DNA from: Gordius albopunctatus
Taxonomy: Eukaryota
Assembly (NCBI GenBank): GCA_964276515.1
Contig: OZ193909.1
Span: 11,346,001 to 11,410,000 of the forward strand
DNA length: 64,000 nt
Direction of reading: 5' to 3'
The position numbers and the translations under genes were made by a program. Positions 11,367 to 25,642 of this stretch are shown here, one piece after another. The notes beneath the pieces are model-generated. The model did not search any database and was not told the origin of the DNA. It saw only the letters and a program-made list of their open reading frames with translations. How positions within the stretch are numbered: the stretch's first letter is position 1; every line of letters starts with the position of its first letter.

Positions 11367-14300
11367 TTAACGTGTGCCTAATGTTATATTCAAATGTAGT
11401 ATGCCGCTCTCCGGTACTTCTATATCAACAATGGAGCTCGAAAAGTTTCTTGCTTCTACCTAAAAAAAGATGTGTCATTCGATCGGCAACATAAAGTTAC
11501 CTTTAGCTGATAGGATCCCGGTAGAAGTATTCTCCAAAATTCCCCATAATGACTACTATAAACGGGATGTTTCCTGTCATCTACATAAATCCGGGCTAAT
11601 GGTATAGCTTTATTTCGTTCATTAAATATGTAGCCGGAAATTCCTGATTTACGAATCATTTGTTTTTCACATGATTTTATAAATTACCTCTCAAGCTTGA
11701 CAAAAGCACAGCCTTAATGGAATCCCGATGCTCTAGCCAATAAGTTCTTAGGGTTGAAGGATCGGGAACAAATGGGCATGCCACTTCAACCGTCAGTTCA
11801 AAAGTTCCTTTGGTAACATAATTGTAGTCCTGCATTCCTCCTAATTGTACACCAAAAAATTGGTTTTAAGCTTTTGTAAAAGTGTTGAATTAATTAGTTG
11901 CATGGAACCCAATGTTGTTATATGTTTAAGATCATTGACATTCTAATATTGCTTATAAATGCTTAGGTTCAGTGGTTGTGACTGCCGGAATTTAAGACCA
12001 AGACTTTCCAGTCTCTTCTAATTCAAAGAATAACTATATATTTCATATTACCTAATCAGAACAGAAAATACCCGACCCAGGCCGATCCTTAAATATATGT
12101 TGAAATTGGCTCATTCGGCTGAGGGCTAGGCATGTATACCATGTTTGTTATAATAATAAATATTACAATGTACCTAGGGATTAAAATTTACCTAATACTG
12201 GGTACCATTGTACGCCATTTGTTATTCCGTCAACAAATATTTCGTTTGCGCAGCCCTTTTTGCGCATATACGGATGGGTGAAGGAATAGACTTTAGAGAT
12301 GTTTCGGAATATATCATCATCAGGTGCAGCGACATAAGTGAAAGCTATGTTAAAGTATGAAAGAATTAAGTTAGTGCACATGAGAATAGATGTGGAATAA
12401 GATCGTTCCCCATATTTATTTTCAAAAATGAATTTCAAATTTGTTTTAAATTATTGTTTACAAAAATTGTAAATTAACTCATTGGAACCATTAGGCTTAA
12501 GTTCAACGGAGAGTAAAATACCCGAAGGCGCTACATTCATACCATGGGCTCTATAATTTGGCTAGTGACGCGAAAAATTTAAGAAAAATCTCGATCTCGT
12601 CTCGAAAAGGCAACACAAGACAAGACTTTTTCGAAACGAGACGAGATTTTATCAACGAGATCACGGTTTTAAAATTTTTTTATTGACCATCATTATCATA
12701 ATATAATAAATTCAGTTATGTATTTTTTGTGATTCACATTTAGGATAATAAATGTAAATTAATAATTGGAGTAGCTTTGTTATTGGGTTATTTACATAGC
12801 CAAGTGCCGCCTTAAACTTAAAATTTTAATAATTTTCGCTTGTTTAATAAATTTAATATTTTTATTATTTATATCTTTAGCTTTAATATATATAATATAA
12901 ATATGCAGACTTAAAATGTTTGATGAAGTAGTAAACATTACTAAAGCAACTTTAAAGTTCGCAGCACATTTTACCTGATGTGATAGTATATTAAATTAGA
13001 GGTTTACAAAAAAATTATTACGCAATCGTACATATACTTCTGATATAAAATTTTAGGCTGAACAATAATATGTTCTTTTTTTCCTTAGTCGCCTAGATTC
13101 CGCGACAAATAAGGTTAAAGGTGCAAAAATGGCCTTTTTAACGGTTTTGAGGCCATATTCTAACTCAATTTTAAATTTACTTTTAATAATAAGTATAAGA
13201 GCAATAATGGATCTACATGATCTTAATTTTATTTTTATTGTTATGCCTCTACTTTTAGTTTTACCTTCGCTTATTTGTACCCCTTCCCGCATTAAAATTC
13301 CTTCCAATATGTATGGGAAAACCATAGACTGCTCATTTCATCTAATAAAGGATTTATACAAAACTGAAGGGAGATGTACAAGTTGCCATAATAATTCAGA
13401 CGAGTAAAACTTTTGTTGGGCATAAGAATGCAAATATTTTAGGGGTATTTAATAACAAAACAAAGTGATAAGAAAAGAGAAGCCTAGATAGACCTGTAGA
13501 GAGACGTGATGCTCAGGAAAAAATAAATTTTATGGGAAAATGAAAGAAAGGAAGACCAAATCATATTATAAAAATCTATAAGTTAAATGAAAATATCTGT
13601 AAAATCGGTATTAGAGCTGATTGACAAGCGACATATGTAACAATCTAAAATAAATGAATAATCCGACATATGTAGTATATCACCCTCTCAAGAGTTTTTT
13701 TTTAATTAGGGGATGCCCAATCTAAATATAGATACCTATGCCTATTAAGATTCTCTACAAAACCTAATATTATTCAGTTGTTTTTAAGACCAAAAAATTA
13801 GATAGAATATGTATTTAAAAATTCAGATTATCATAACCACCTCAATACCTTTTGAAAGTTCAGCATTGTCGTAAGGATAATTGACCACAAGGGTCCCTCC
13901 ATGAAAGGACATCGAAAAGATAAATGGCCATTTCTTTATCCAATCCATGATAGCTAATGTTTCAGGTTGTAAAGGAGCGGGATTTCTTTGGATATAGTCA
14001 GGAAAGTTACGATTTAAATCATAACCGTTTGCGTTTTCTCTTTAAAAATATATTAAGTTAATTGTAAAGTATATTATAAATAATATAATTTTTAACACTT
14101 TAAGGTATATATTAAGCTTCATATTTGCATTGCTTTATTTTATTACGATACAAAGAGCGGTTAACAAAACTGCATATACCATTAAGGTTTTATTCCAATT
14201 TTTGAACAATAATTTTTTACGATAATTCTAACAAACTACTCTTTGGTTAAACTACTTAAATATTTATATTTAATAATACCTCGGCTAAAAAGAGTTAAGT

Positions 14301-17300
14301 AAAATTTAGCCATCTCGCTATGGATATTTCACTTGTTATGATTTAAGGATAGTTAAAATATTAAAGGGTGAGTCATTTAACAACGTCAAAATTTTTATTA
14401 TAGTCACGGTGTGGGCTACGCGTCGCGTCTTATGTAAATAAATAATGAGGTATTCTGTTTAGTAATACGATAAAAGACTAAATTATAATGCCTACAGGGA
14501 AAACGATCGGAAAAAAGTTAACATACTTTTATAGAGTTTGTTGTGATGAACGCGAATATGTTTTATGTATTTTCTCTATCAGTCAAGTTTTTTAACTAAA
14601 TGAGTTCAAATTTGCAAAAATAGGCTTTTTTGCCTCTTTTTAGGTCCCTACCGAGGAAACAAATCTAAAAAATTTGAAGAAAAAACTTTAAGCGATAAAA
14701 CAAATATAGGGGGAAAATATAGAAAAACAAATTTTGTCTTAGATAATTTAGTGTTGATATATCATAAAATTTGACTGACTCCCAGTGTTTTATAAGTAGA
14801 GACCTACACGGGCGGCCCGAGGCCCGTAAAAGCCCGGGCCGGGCTCGGGCCTTAAAATTTGAGGCTTTAAAATTCCGGACCGGGCCTTATTTATAAATTA
14901 TAGGCCCGGGCCGAAATAATTTAGAAGAGCCTGAGTAGTCTTTTATTCTGTTTAAAACAATCTATAAAATTTCAATAAATTAATTACAAGTTGTTGAATC
15001 TGTTAAACACTCATTTTTTTATTTCGCGCTTATTCTAATATACAAACAATTAAGTATGGAACAAAAAAAATCTACTGCCAATAGCTGAAAATATTAGAAA
15101 ATTTTTTATAAAGTAAAAGAAAATCTCAGATAAAAGATTTAAGTATGGAAAAGATTATAGATTTTATTTTTTGTAAGATTTGGAAGAATGTGTTATCCTA
15201 TAATTCTTGTTCATCAGTTAATTATCTATGTTAGTTTTGATAATGCTTTGGAACACTCATCTCCAAAGGCGTAAATGCTGTAAAGAAGTCCAGGAAAAGA
15301 AAAATTGGACAATTACCTATGCAAGCCACTTTCAACAAAACATACAAGCCCTGCAAAAATCCAAAAAATATCTAATATCCTCAATAGCCCATTGGAATGG
15401 ATATGGCATGAACATCTTCTATGAAGAAAGATGTAGAGGAAAATGAAGTTGACACCTGCACAAAGTTAAAGATCAACGAAAAAATAGAATTATCGGATTG
15501 GTAGAAAGACCACAGTGGTCGTTTCCAGCGCTTAGCCCTCTTGTTTGTAAGCTTTTTTCGACACCTGCTTTTGCCTTGAGTGAGGGGTGTTTTTTGTTAG
15601 CGGGCTGCATTTATGAAGAGCGGAGAACAAATTTAAACACTATGCCTGTGTTTTTTTGCATCAAAATAGTTTTATTAGCGATTATAATATTTTCCATCCC
15701 TTCCCTATTTCAAGCATATAAACTTAATAAGCATACTTAATGATACTATTACTCTTACTACTACTATTCTTTCACCCTCTCTCTCTCATTCTCTATCAAT
15801 CAATCACACCACCCCCTCTCTAAATAGCTCTTTTCTAGGGTTACAAGTCTATGAAATTTTATATATATCAAATCGATCTTTGTAGCTTCATTTCATATAT
15901 TATATAAAACTGCCTACGACGGCCTCAAGTCCGTGTGTAAAAGGTGGAGGGTTGGAGTTAAGTCAGAAAACCAACTCCAAAATCATGATAGTTTCAAACA
16001 AAAGTCTACCTCAGAAAGCTATGGCGTCCTCCACAAACGACGCCCACTGCATACCCGGCCTGTGCAATGTGAAAGATATACTAGGGTTACTGCCTTACTC
16101 ACATTGAAGTCGGGTAAGGTAATCCATTGTGGAAAGAATGCGAATAAGGTGCTATGATGTTGGCAAGTGGACTGTAAAGAGAATCGAGGTCGCAAAAATT
16201 ATAAAAAGAAGAAAGGAAGACATCGCCTGCCTACAAGAGACGACAATGAACGTAAACAAAGTTCAGGAGTTAGAAGAAGAATACAAACTATTCTAAAGTG
16301 GGTCACCAAATCCTAGAAACATGGTCGGTATCGTTCTAAGCGAATCGTTAGAGGAAAAGGTGATGAAAGTCAAGCTTTGTTCAGACATGTTAATGATGGT
16401 AAAGATTTCAGATCAAGGGGGCCTCCTTAACGTTATGTGCGCGTATGCTGCCCAAATTGGATCTCTCTAGAAACAAAGAAAGACATTCTTTGATTCATTG
16501 GAAAAGGAAATACAAGGAATAAGACAGGAAGAAAGGCTAATTATTGGTACGAAAATTTCAACGTTCACTTATGTAAAGATTGATTGCCTCGGGTATGAAC
16601 AAAATTATGCAGACTATGGGCTCTGAAGAACAAAGAAGGGGAAAAACTTCTATCCCAAGCCTACGACATGGCGATCGTTAACAACTATTTTTAAAAATCA
16701 AACGATCATATTGTGACTTATAGAAGTCGTAAGCATTTTAGTCAAATTGACTATCTGCTCATACGACGAAGACTTATGGAGTATCAAGGATTGCTAAATA
16801 ATACCGCGAGAGGAAATCGCTAGGTAACATCGTCCACTTGTGATGGATCTTGAAAGAGAAGTATTTCCAGAAAGAATAAGGGTTTATGAACCTCGAATTT
16901 GATACGAAACGCTAAAGGATGCGTCGACGAATGATAAATATTATGAAAAACCTCCTCATTATTGGGTGCAAGGAAGTTGCAAAGGGACTAAGACGACGAT
17001 TGGGAGACGCTAACTAAGGACATAAAGGAAACAACGATTCGATTTCTAGGACAGACCAAAGGAGGCAAGGCTATGAATAGGGAACCATGGTGGTGGGATC
17101 AATCGGTTTTCACCGAAATAAAGAAAAATCTATATAGACGGTGGCATAAATCCAAAAATTGGAAAAATTATCAAATGTATAGGGCGGTAAAGAGAGCCGC
17201 ATAAAAAGCCGGTGAAATAACGAAGAATCCAGCGTAAATCGAGATCTCAAAAACCGGGGCCATAAAGGGGGGACAGGCTAATGTATGCCCAAGATAAGAA

Positions 17301-20300
17301 AGGAAAAAATTCGCGATGTTGGAGTCCATGTAATAGTAAAAAATGAGCAGCAAACCTTATTCAAGCCGAAATAAGGGGAGGAAATGTGGAAAGGATATTT
17401 TAAGGAAATTATGAATATTGCAAATGACAAAGATTCCTTTCCCGATATTGAGCTAAAGATAAGTATGGTCGAAATTTTTTAATAGGATGAAGTTTGGACA
17501 TAAATGAACAAGATGCAAAAAGGTAAAGCTAATGGCCCATATGGAATACTTATGGAAACGAGCTGAAAATATCGTATACTCAATTCGGATTTGTGGCCGG
17601 CAAATCCACAATCGACCCAATCTTCGCACTAAGCCAAATGATGGATAATTATGGTGAAAAGAGAAGAGACCTACTTATGGTCATTTGTACTTGGGACACG
17701 ATTCCTCGCGATTTAATATGATTGTGCTTGAGAAAACAAATTAACTCGGCATATATACGGCATATAAAAAATATTTATGAAGCATCAAATTCGTGGACTC
17801 TAAACCTTTTTGGGTTGATATTGGATTGCATCAAGGATTTGCTCTAAGTTCCTTTTTTATTTAATATAATTATGGACACGATAACGAGAGACATCAAATG
17901 TCATCGCCATGGTGTATGCTATATGCCAATGATATATAAATATGCGAAGAGACTTCTTCTTCTTCTTTATCGTGTTGAAAATCCCACTTTCAGCAGCCTC
18001 TTCCATCTGAGTCGCGTAAATGCCATGCTAATTTCCATCTGTTTGACGTCCATATCCTTTTCTACCAGTCGTTTCCAGGTGGCATGTGGTCTGCCCCTTC
18101 CTCTTCTTCCAGGCACTTCCATCCTTAGCGTTCGCCGTGTGACATCGTCTTCGTCTCTTCGTAATACATGGCCGTACCACCGCAGTCGATTTTCTCTTAA
18201 GAAGTCCTTCGTCGCTTGTATACCCATCTTTGTCATCAAGGATTCGTTCGTCATGCGATCCAGCTTGGTGTAGACTAAGCTACATCGCACCATTCTAATT
18301 TCTGTGACTTGCAAGAGTTTCTCCTCCGCGGTGGTTACAGCCCATGTTTCGCTCCCGTAAAGCAAGACCGGTCGCACGATGGTTTTGTACGCCTTGCTTT
18401 TCAACCAAATTGGTATCTTTTTGTCACACATGACACCGGAGATGCTGCTCCACTTGAGTCACGCTTTCTTGATCCGAGAATGGACTTCGGCGGTACATCC
18501 TCCCTCTTGATGTAATAGCGAGTCAAGATATGTGAACTTATCAACCTCCGTGTACATTGGACCGTCATTTTTGTGCATTTGCGGACTAACACCCATCGTT
18601 TGCATGTAAACCGTTTTCTTCTCGCTGACCTTTAACCCGAATTCCGAGAAACGTTCTGACCATTTTTTCGCCTGATGAAAAACCCATTTCTCTTGTTTCA
18701 TCGCATAGGACAATATCATCGGCATATAGCATAGTCCAAGGGGCTGGCTTGTGCAAGTCCTTTGTTATTGTATCCATAATTAGATTAAACAAGAATGGGC
18801 TTAACGCTGACCCTTGATGTAGTCCAATCATTACTCGGAAGGGTTTCGCTTCTCCTACGGTAGTCCTAACAGATGCAACGGCGCCATTATACATTTCCTT
18901 GATAAGTCGAACATATCCTTGGGGTATATTTCTGGCTCTAAGGGACCACCATATTAAGTCTCTCGGAACCGTATCGTAGGCCTTTTCTAAATCGATGAAG
19001 ACCATGTGTAAGTTCTTTCTTATGTCGCCATATTTTTCCATCGTCTGCTTCAACACAAAGATTGGATCCATTGTTGATTTACCGGCCACGAATCCAAACT
19101 GATTGGGCGAGAGACAAACTTCGTCATTGAGCCTTTTCACTAGCACCCTTTCTAGTAGTTTTAGTGAGTGGCAGGTCAACTTGATACCTCTAAAGTTGCC
19201 ACATTCATGCGCGTCTCCTTTGCCTTTGTATATGGGTATGATCGTACTTTCCCTCCATTGGTCAGGGATACGACTCTCATACAGCATAGCGTTAAATAGG
19301 CCTGTCATTATGTCGATTCCTTCTCCTTTGCACCCAAGCCAAGCTTTGATCGGTAAATCATCGGGACCTAGCGCTTTCCCTTTCCGCATCTTCGTTAGTT
19401 GCGCTCCTACTTCATAAGCCTGCAATGGTAAAACCAAGTTCAAGTTCGGTTCCACCCTCTCTAGCGGTCTTCTATCATTCGTTTTGTTCATCATATTTTG
19501 GAAATAATCTTTCCATCTTTTGATGACTTCCTTCGGTTTGCACAACGTTCGTCCCTCTTCGCTTTTAATGACTTTCAGTGTACCGACATCTCGACTTTTT
19601 TTCTCCCTAATCTTTGCGAGTTTATACATGACTATGTTGCCGCCCTTGGTATCAAGCTTTTTTGCCATCTCGGTGTAAGCCTCGTTCTTCGCTATCGCAA
19701 CCGCTATCTTAGTTTTCGTTTCGCTTCACGATATGCCACGTAGTTTTCTCCTTTCTTCGTTTTGTACCATCGTAGGTACAACGCCTTCTTTTCTTCTATA
19801 GCCTCTTTGACCGAGTCATTCCACCACCATAGTTCACGCTTGTGAGCTGTGCCGCCCTTAGTTTGTCCCAAGATTTGAAAGGCTGTTTCCTTTAGGACAT
19901 TTGCAACGGTTTCCCACCTTTTGTTAATGTCGCCCCCCAAGCCTGCAACCTTCAAGAGCGGAATTGTTCGAGCGTGAAACATTTCATTTGCACGATCCTC
20001 CTTAAGCTTTTCGTACTTTGTCCTTGGTGTGTAGACATTTCTCCTTAAGGGAAAAATCTTTCTTACTATATCGAGGACAACTGGCCGATGTTGTTTGGCG
20101 ATTTCTTCCCCCGGTATAACCTTGCAATCTTTAACTTGCCACAAATTTTTGCGCTTCACTAAGATGTAGTCGACCTGTGTAAGGTGATCCCCACTACTGT
20201 ACGTCGCTAAATGTTCGGTACGCTTCTGAAAGAAGGTATTCACAATGGCCATATCGTGAGATTGCGCCATCTGTAGTAACTTCTCTCCCTCTTTATTTTT

Positions 20301-23300
20301 CACCCCATAGCCATGCCCGCCGTGATTTCGTTCGTACGCGTCTCTTTCTTTCCCAACGTGCCCATTAAAGTCTGCTCCGATGATGAGATTCTCGTCAGGC
20401 TTCACGTAGCGTATTTCTTTTTCGAGGTTCTCATAGAATTCGTCCTTCTCATTTTCGGAACATCCAACCTGGGGCGAATACGCACAAATAACATTGACAA
20501 GGCCGCCTTGATCCGCCAACTTTATGCACATCCATCTATCCGAGCATCGTTTGACTTCGACTACCTTGTCCTTAAAGGAATCGCTAAGCACTATACCGAC
20601 CCCGTTCTCCCGTGATGGGGAACCCGAGTAGTATAGCTTGTAAGAAAAGACAAAGGAGAATATTCAAAGAAGCCAAAAAGTGGTAAAAGCGCTTAGCCAA
20701 TATGGTTTAAAAGTCAAAGATCGAAAAACGGTATACATGGAAATGAACATTACAGGCAACCCATCGCTGAGTAGGCAAGTTTGCATACCTCGGCTCGATG
20801 CTACATCAAGAGGGAGGTTGCGAAAAAGAAGTCAATGCCTGAATTCAAAAAGGATGGCTTAAATGGCGAAGTATATCCGGTGTAATGTGCGACAAGAAAA
20901 TGCCAATGTGGTTAAAGAGCAAAGCTTACAAAATTATTCTTAGACCAGTGTGACTATATGGATGTAAAACATGGGCATTAAAACCACGGAAGAAAAGCTA
21001 TAACAAGCCACAGAGATGAGGATGCTACGGTGGACTTGGGATATACTTAGCTCGGCGTAATGACGAATGCCTTTCTCATGACGAAAAAACGGTAATTCAA
21101 CCAATGGCGCACATGATTAACGAAAATCGGCTAAGGACTCACTCAAAGGGGGATTTGCCCCCTCCATTTTACCCTCTCGCTCACCGAGAGGAGGGAGGCG
21201 CTAAAAAGAGGGGGGATATATAATATAAGCAAATATTTAAAGTTACTAACTCGTAGCAATTGCTTCTATTAAATTTGCTATGCTCAATGCTCGAACAGAA
21301 GTAGTTTTAAATGCTACTGTTCTGACTAGTGCACCGAACAGCGAGCACTCATTGTGCTGCTAACGCGCATATTAAACAACTCAATGTGTGTGCTCGCGTT
21401 TGGAGTTGAAGCAAGTTAGCAATATAATAACTGTACATCATATGCATATTAACAACCAATGGAATAAATTGGGGTGACCAAGGGGCCAATTTACCTAATA
21501 AAATGTAAGAAGCATGTGAAATTTTATATTTAAAACTAATTCAGCTAAGCCAAAAATTGTTTTTTCGTGGTTTACCTCTATTTTTGTTTAACCACTTAGA
21601 TTTTTGTAAAAAATATTTTTGCCGTTTTGTTTCCTCAATCTACACTTTTAAAAAGGTGGAAAACGCATTTTCGCAGCTTTGAACTCAATTATTTCAAAAG
21701 TTGACTTATAGGGACTAAAAAGCTTCGTGTTTCCCTAAAAAAACTCTATAAAAGTATGTCAACCGTTTTTCGGTTACTTCACAAGACCATTCATTATTTG
21801 TTGTCTGGTGTTATCTAACCAGAATATTACAAAATAAAGGAAACAGTTGTCTTCGTTTTACATATATTACTGTAGGAGGTACTTTTGTTACATATTTATC
21901 GTTTTACCTGAGGTAATTGTTACTCTCATCATTGCCCATTGCCGCCTCAAAGCCGTCAGGATTTAATGAAGGGAGAATATGGAGGACAACGCTATCAAAT
22001 ATATTCATCGAGTTCATATTCCCATTAGTAAGTAGGTGTTCCAATAAATGTATCATCAATTCCCTCCCAACTGCCTAATTATACAGGATTAACCATTAGA
22101 ATCAGTTTAATTATGAAAATTGCAATCCTAATCACATTATAACTTTAAAAGTATATGAAACATACACATGGGCGTAGTAAAATTCAATGTGGTAATATTT
22201 GAAAAAATTATCATTTTGCCCCTCCTAAATCATTAAAGAATAATTAAATATAAAACGTTTTACGTAAAAATGTAGGCACACTATTTCAATATTGTTATAT
22301 TAAACACGGTTTTAATATACTTCTAATAAACATACTTCATGCCTTTTAACTATAAAATTAATTAGATTCTAACCAAAAATAGACTGGAATGGAATTAATT
22401 TTAAAATACATTAATCCGAACTTTTTCTAAATTTTATACTCTTAACACTTGTACAAAACATAAACAAATTGTTTGTCATACATAACTTCCCTATTTCTTT
22501 TAATAAAAATTGTTTGAATAATATTCAGCACGCATAAATATTCACGATTTTTACTTCATTCCCATGTATGTTTGCAATAAATTTAATATGCCGTTGCCCT
22601 GATCCAACTTGGGTTTGCGGTTTTTTCCCCGAGACAGCCAATACCCATAACTCTCGCCCTTTATCCCACATTTATAATGAATATAGTAAGAAGATTTTTA
22701 TGGTATTTTAAAGAGAATCAAAATGATTATAGAAATATCAAGAATCAACCACAAATAATCTATTTAAGAAATTAGTGCCAATGATTTAATGTTGATAAAC
22801 TTTGTATGATTTCCTTAAGTTGCCGCAACCTCATAGGCATTTATATATGTCTTAAAATATTTCAAATTCCTTTAAACACTATCGTTCCTTTATTTGCCCA
22901 CTGGTAAATGAACAATAATAATATCTAAAAATTTCATCTTTAACAAAAATTTACATCTATCTAGGTTCATCATAAAATATATGCTAGTTCTAATTTTAAA
23001 ATCATTACCTTTTATTAAAAAACTAGATGAACCCCCGGCAAACGTTGTTTTCCCATTTACCCGGGGGGTGTATTAAATTATGTTGGAATTTTAGGGCATA
23101 CATGATGATAAAGCGGTTATTGAAGTAAAAATAAAGACTTTGATAATTTTCAAACAAATAGTTGAAGAGGGTCCAAGGCCCAGGCCCACCCAAGAGATAA
23201 AACCTGGCCCCATGCCCCCCCCCCGGAGAAAAATCCTTGGCCCCCTGGCCCTTCAAGCAATTTTTTGTATTTTTTTGTAATTAAGAAAGAATATCATAAT

Positions 23301-25642
23301 TATTTGTTTCTGAATAAAACTTTTAATTCTGAACTTAATAATGTCCGAAGAACTGAGATATATCAACATTTATTGGCACTTTGTTAATTGTATTTTCATT
23401 TTTCTCCTTATTTAACGCGCAAAAAATGACAAAAAAATAACATTAATATTTTGGCTTATATCTGGAAGAAAAATATATTAGGATTGCACTTATAAACGAT
23501 TTAAATCATTATTTTGGTGTAGATTGTGTCTTTTAATTATGCATGGGTCATGTTGTTATCTTGACCCATCTGCATTTGTAATATGTAAAAAATAACCATA
23601 TTAACAATCTTTTAACCTTTAAATTTAAATAATGTAAATGTAACATATAAAAAATTGGTAAAAACATAAATTTATGACTTACCCCGGGTACATTTAAAAT
23701 TTATAGAAATTTTTTTGAAACTCCATTTGTTACATAAAATTATCAATATCTCAATTTTTATAGTATGAATTCACCTTAATAATATGACAAACTTTTTGAA
23801 CTCGATTTTACTTTTTATTATTATTTGAACCTCGGTGTAACGTATGAGAGTGTTTGACGATATATAACCGCGAATGTCAATTATTGATTATTCATAATTG
23901 TCGAGAAGACAAAATATCATAGACGAGATGGACTGCTCATCAACTTTAAATAAGTGTATCGTTTTTCCGCCATTTCTAAATCGATTCGAAATCCAGAGAC
24001 CTAGTTCCAGGCGCGTAGCCAAGGGGGGGGGCGGAAAACGAGACTTTTCTACCCCCTTGACAAAAATTTGATTTTTTTTTATTAATATTTAAGATTAAAT
24101 GGGTTAAAATATTATAGTTTTGTTGCATAAAAGATTTTGAGACACTTATAAAAGCCTGGAAACATAATATATACATTCAATTTTTCGAATCCATCATCAT
24201 TTTCCACCATCGATTGTAAATTATGAAAAACTTGTCGTTTTTTTATCTAAACACCGTTCATTTAGCTGTACTAAAAAATGTCAAGTAAACAGATTGGGTG
24301 ACTGTATAATTTTGCTTATTAGCAACTTGATAATTTTTTCAGATCAAATTAATATAATTTTGCTTTAATTTCCGTCATTATTTAATTTTACCTAAATTAT
24401 AATATTTTCTGCAAGTTGAATCACTTGCATAAGGTCCATGTCCAAAAAGATATTTTTCCAAAGCTGGTTATATAGCGCCTTGAAGTTTCGCATATATTGT
24501 GCGCCAACTTTATTTTTGTTACAATTATAAATAAAGGTGTCGAAATTTTCTTCACCCTCGAGAAAATCCTGGCTACGGGCCTACGTAGTTCAATGAGATA
24601 ATATACAGTAAAAAACTTCAACACAAAATTTTACACAATTTTTAAAAATTAAATTATTATTAGGGTAACAATAATAAGGTTTATTATGCTTTATAAAACA
24701 AAAGCACGGCAAGCAATTTAAGAAATAGAGATATGCTGTTGAATACATTTAAAATGAATGATGACAGGTTTCTGTATTCGATTTCTTCTTTAATATTCCG
24801 TGTCATATCATTTGTATAAAACACGGTACCATGATGATATGTATATTAAAAATGCAATACTTTATGATTTTACAATAAGAATAATGATTAGAAACATTTA
24901 AAGCCCATTCCCAAAATTTTAATTTTGCGCATACTCCTGATTTTTATTTTTTAAATTATTCTATATAAAAAGGGATTATTAAGTACTTTTAATGGTTATA
25001 TGTAATTTTTTCAAAATTTTTATCCATTAATGACAAAATAAAAGACATATAATTGCATGCTTCTTACGAGGTGGTCAAAATTTGTTCATCTTTATTAAGT
25101 TTCTTTAATTAAAGTATACTCCCTACTACGTAATTAATGCAAATTAATAAATTATATGGTTTTTGATCGATATTTTAATATGTAAAAATGTTAAATAAAA
25201 TTTATAGTTTATACAGCGCGCTTCAATAATAATTTACCGACACATAGGCTCTAAATGTCTTATGAGATAATTGAAACTGTCAATAAAAAGGTGATAATTC
25301 TTTTTTGCACTTATTAAAGAGAACCAACCCCCTATCATATAATAGTAGAAAATTGTTGAATTACCAAAATATTCCATATAATCTAATACAATCGACTATG
25401 GTATCTTCATTTTTTGCATGTTTATAGAAAAATAAATTCATTTTTAAAATTTTTCTACTTATTAACGAACCTTTAACACTTTTTCCAATGGAATATAGGT
25501 AGGTATTTTCTGGAAATGCCAATGTCAAATTGGATAAAAATTTGGACAAACTCTCATAATTATGATACCCATAATCAAGAGTATTGATTGATTGGAAATA
25601 TAGTGTTAAGGTTACGATAAAAAAGTAGGCGTTGTTAAACAT
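11367..25642 (-). CDS. Secreted metallocarboxypeptidase, M14B (CPD/CPM/CPE-like), copy 1; 8 exons, ~391 aa
   Basis: Exons 25471-25642, 22555-22658, 21908-22074, 13849-14039, 12192-12344, 11688-11840, 11501-11643, 11367-11459; all GT-AG and in phase. Signal peptide; motifs [46 protein letters not shown]; transthyretin-like tail ([12 protein letters not shown]). Confidence 0.92.
14797..15670 (+). mobile_element. Decayed hAT element (5' TIR + dimerisation-domain remnant)
   Basis: Starts TAGAGACCTACACGGGC with GGCCC-rich subterminal motifs; 15498-15660 encodes ...KLFSTPA...[19 protein letters not shown]; 3' TIR not found. Confidence 0.65.
15907..21138 (+). mobile_element. Degenerate RTE copy of the 8048-11114 family, split by a nested antisense RTE
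   Basis: Colinear with 8048-10875 from the 5' leader (CTACGACGG..CAAGTCCGTGTG) to AATCGGCTAAGG; many stops and indels; interrupted at the RT position after YADD by 17954-20643. Confidence 0.9.
17954..20643 (-). mobile_element. 5'-truncated RTE element (different subfamily), younger, nested antisense
   Basis: ORF pieces 19704-20591, 18586-19668, 18459-18725, 17967-18431 encode APE + RT ([26 protein letters not shown]); (GAA)n tail at ~17953-17968 on the minus strand; flanks GAAGAGAC / GAAAAGAC (near-TSD). Confidence 0.92.
23023..23430 (-). mobile_element. Helitron 3' portion (same family as 40743-41926)
   Basis: About 400 bp near-identical in reverse orientation to ~41520-41926, including the hairpin and CTAG|T end; 5' end not located. 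Confidence 0.8.
24008..24583. mobile_element. hAT-type MITE
   Basis: TIRs CAGGCGCGTAGCCA / TGGCTACGGGCCTA; flanks CCTAGTTC / CGTAGTTC (7/8 TSD match). Confidence 0.65.

Noticed and set aside
13053..13407. Possible Academ-like transposase remnant (VDPLLL / FAPLTLF...LRK in mixed frames)
   Set aside because: Too decayed to assign without a profile search.
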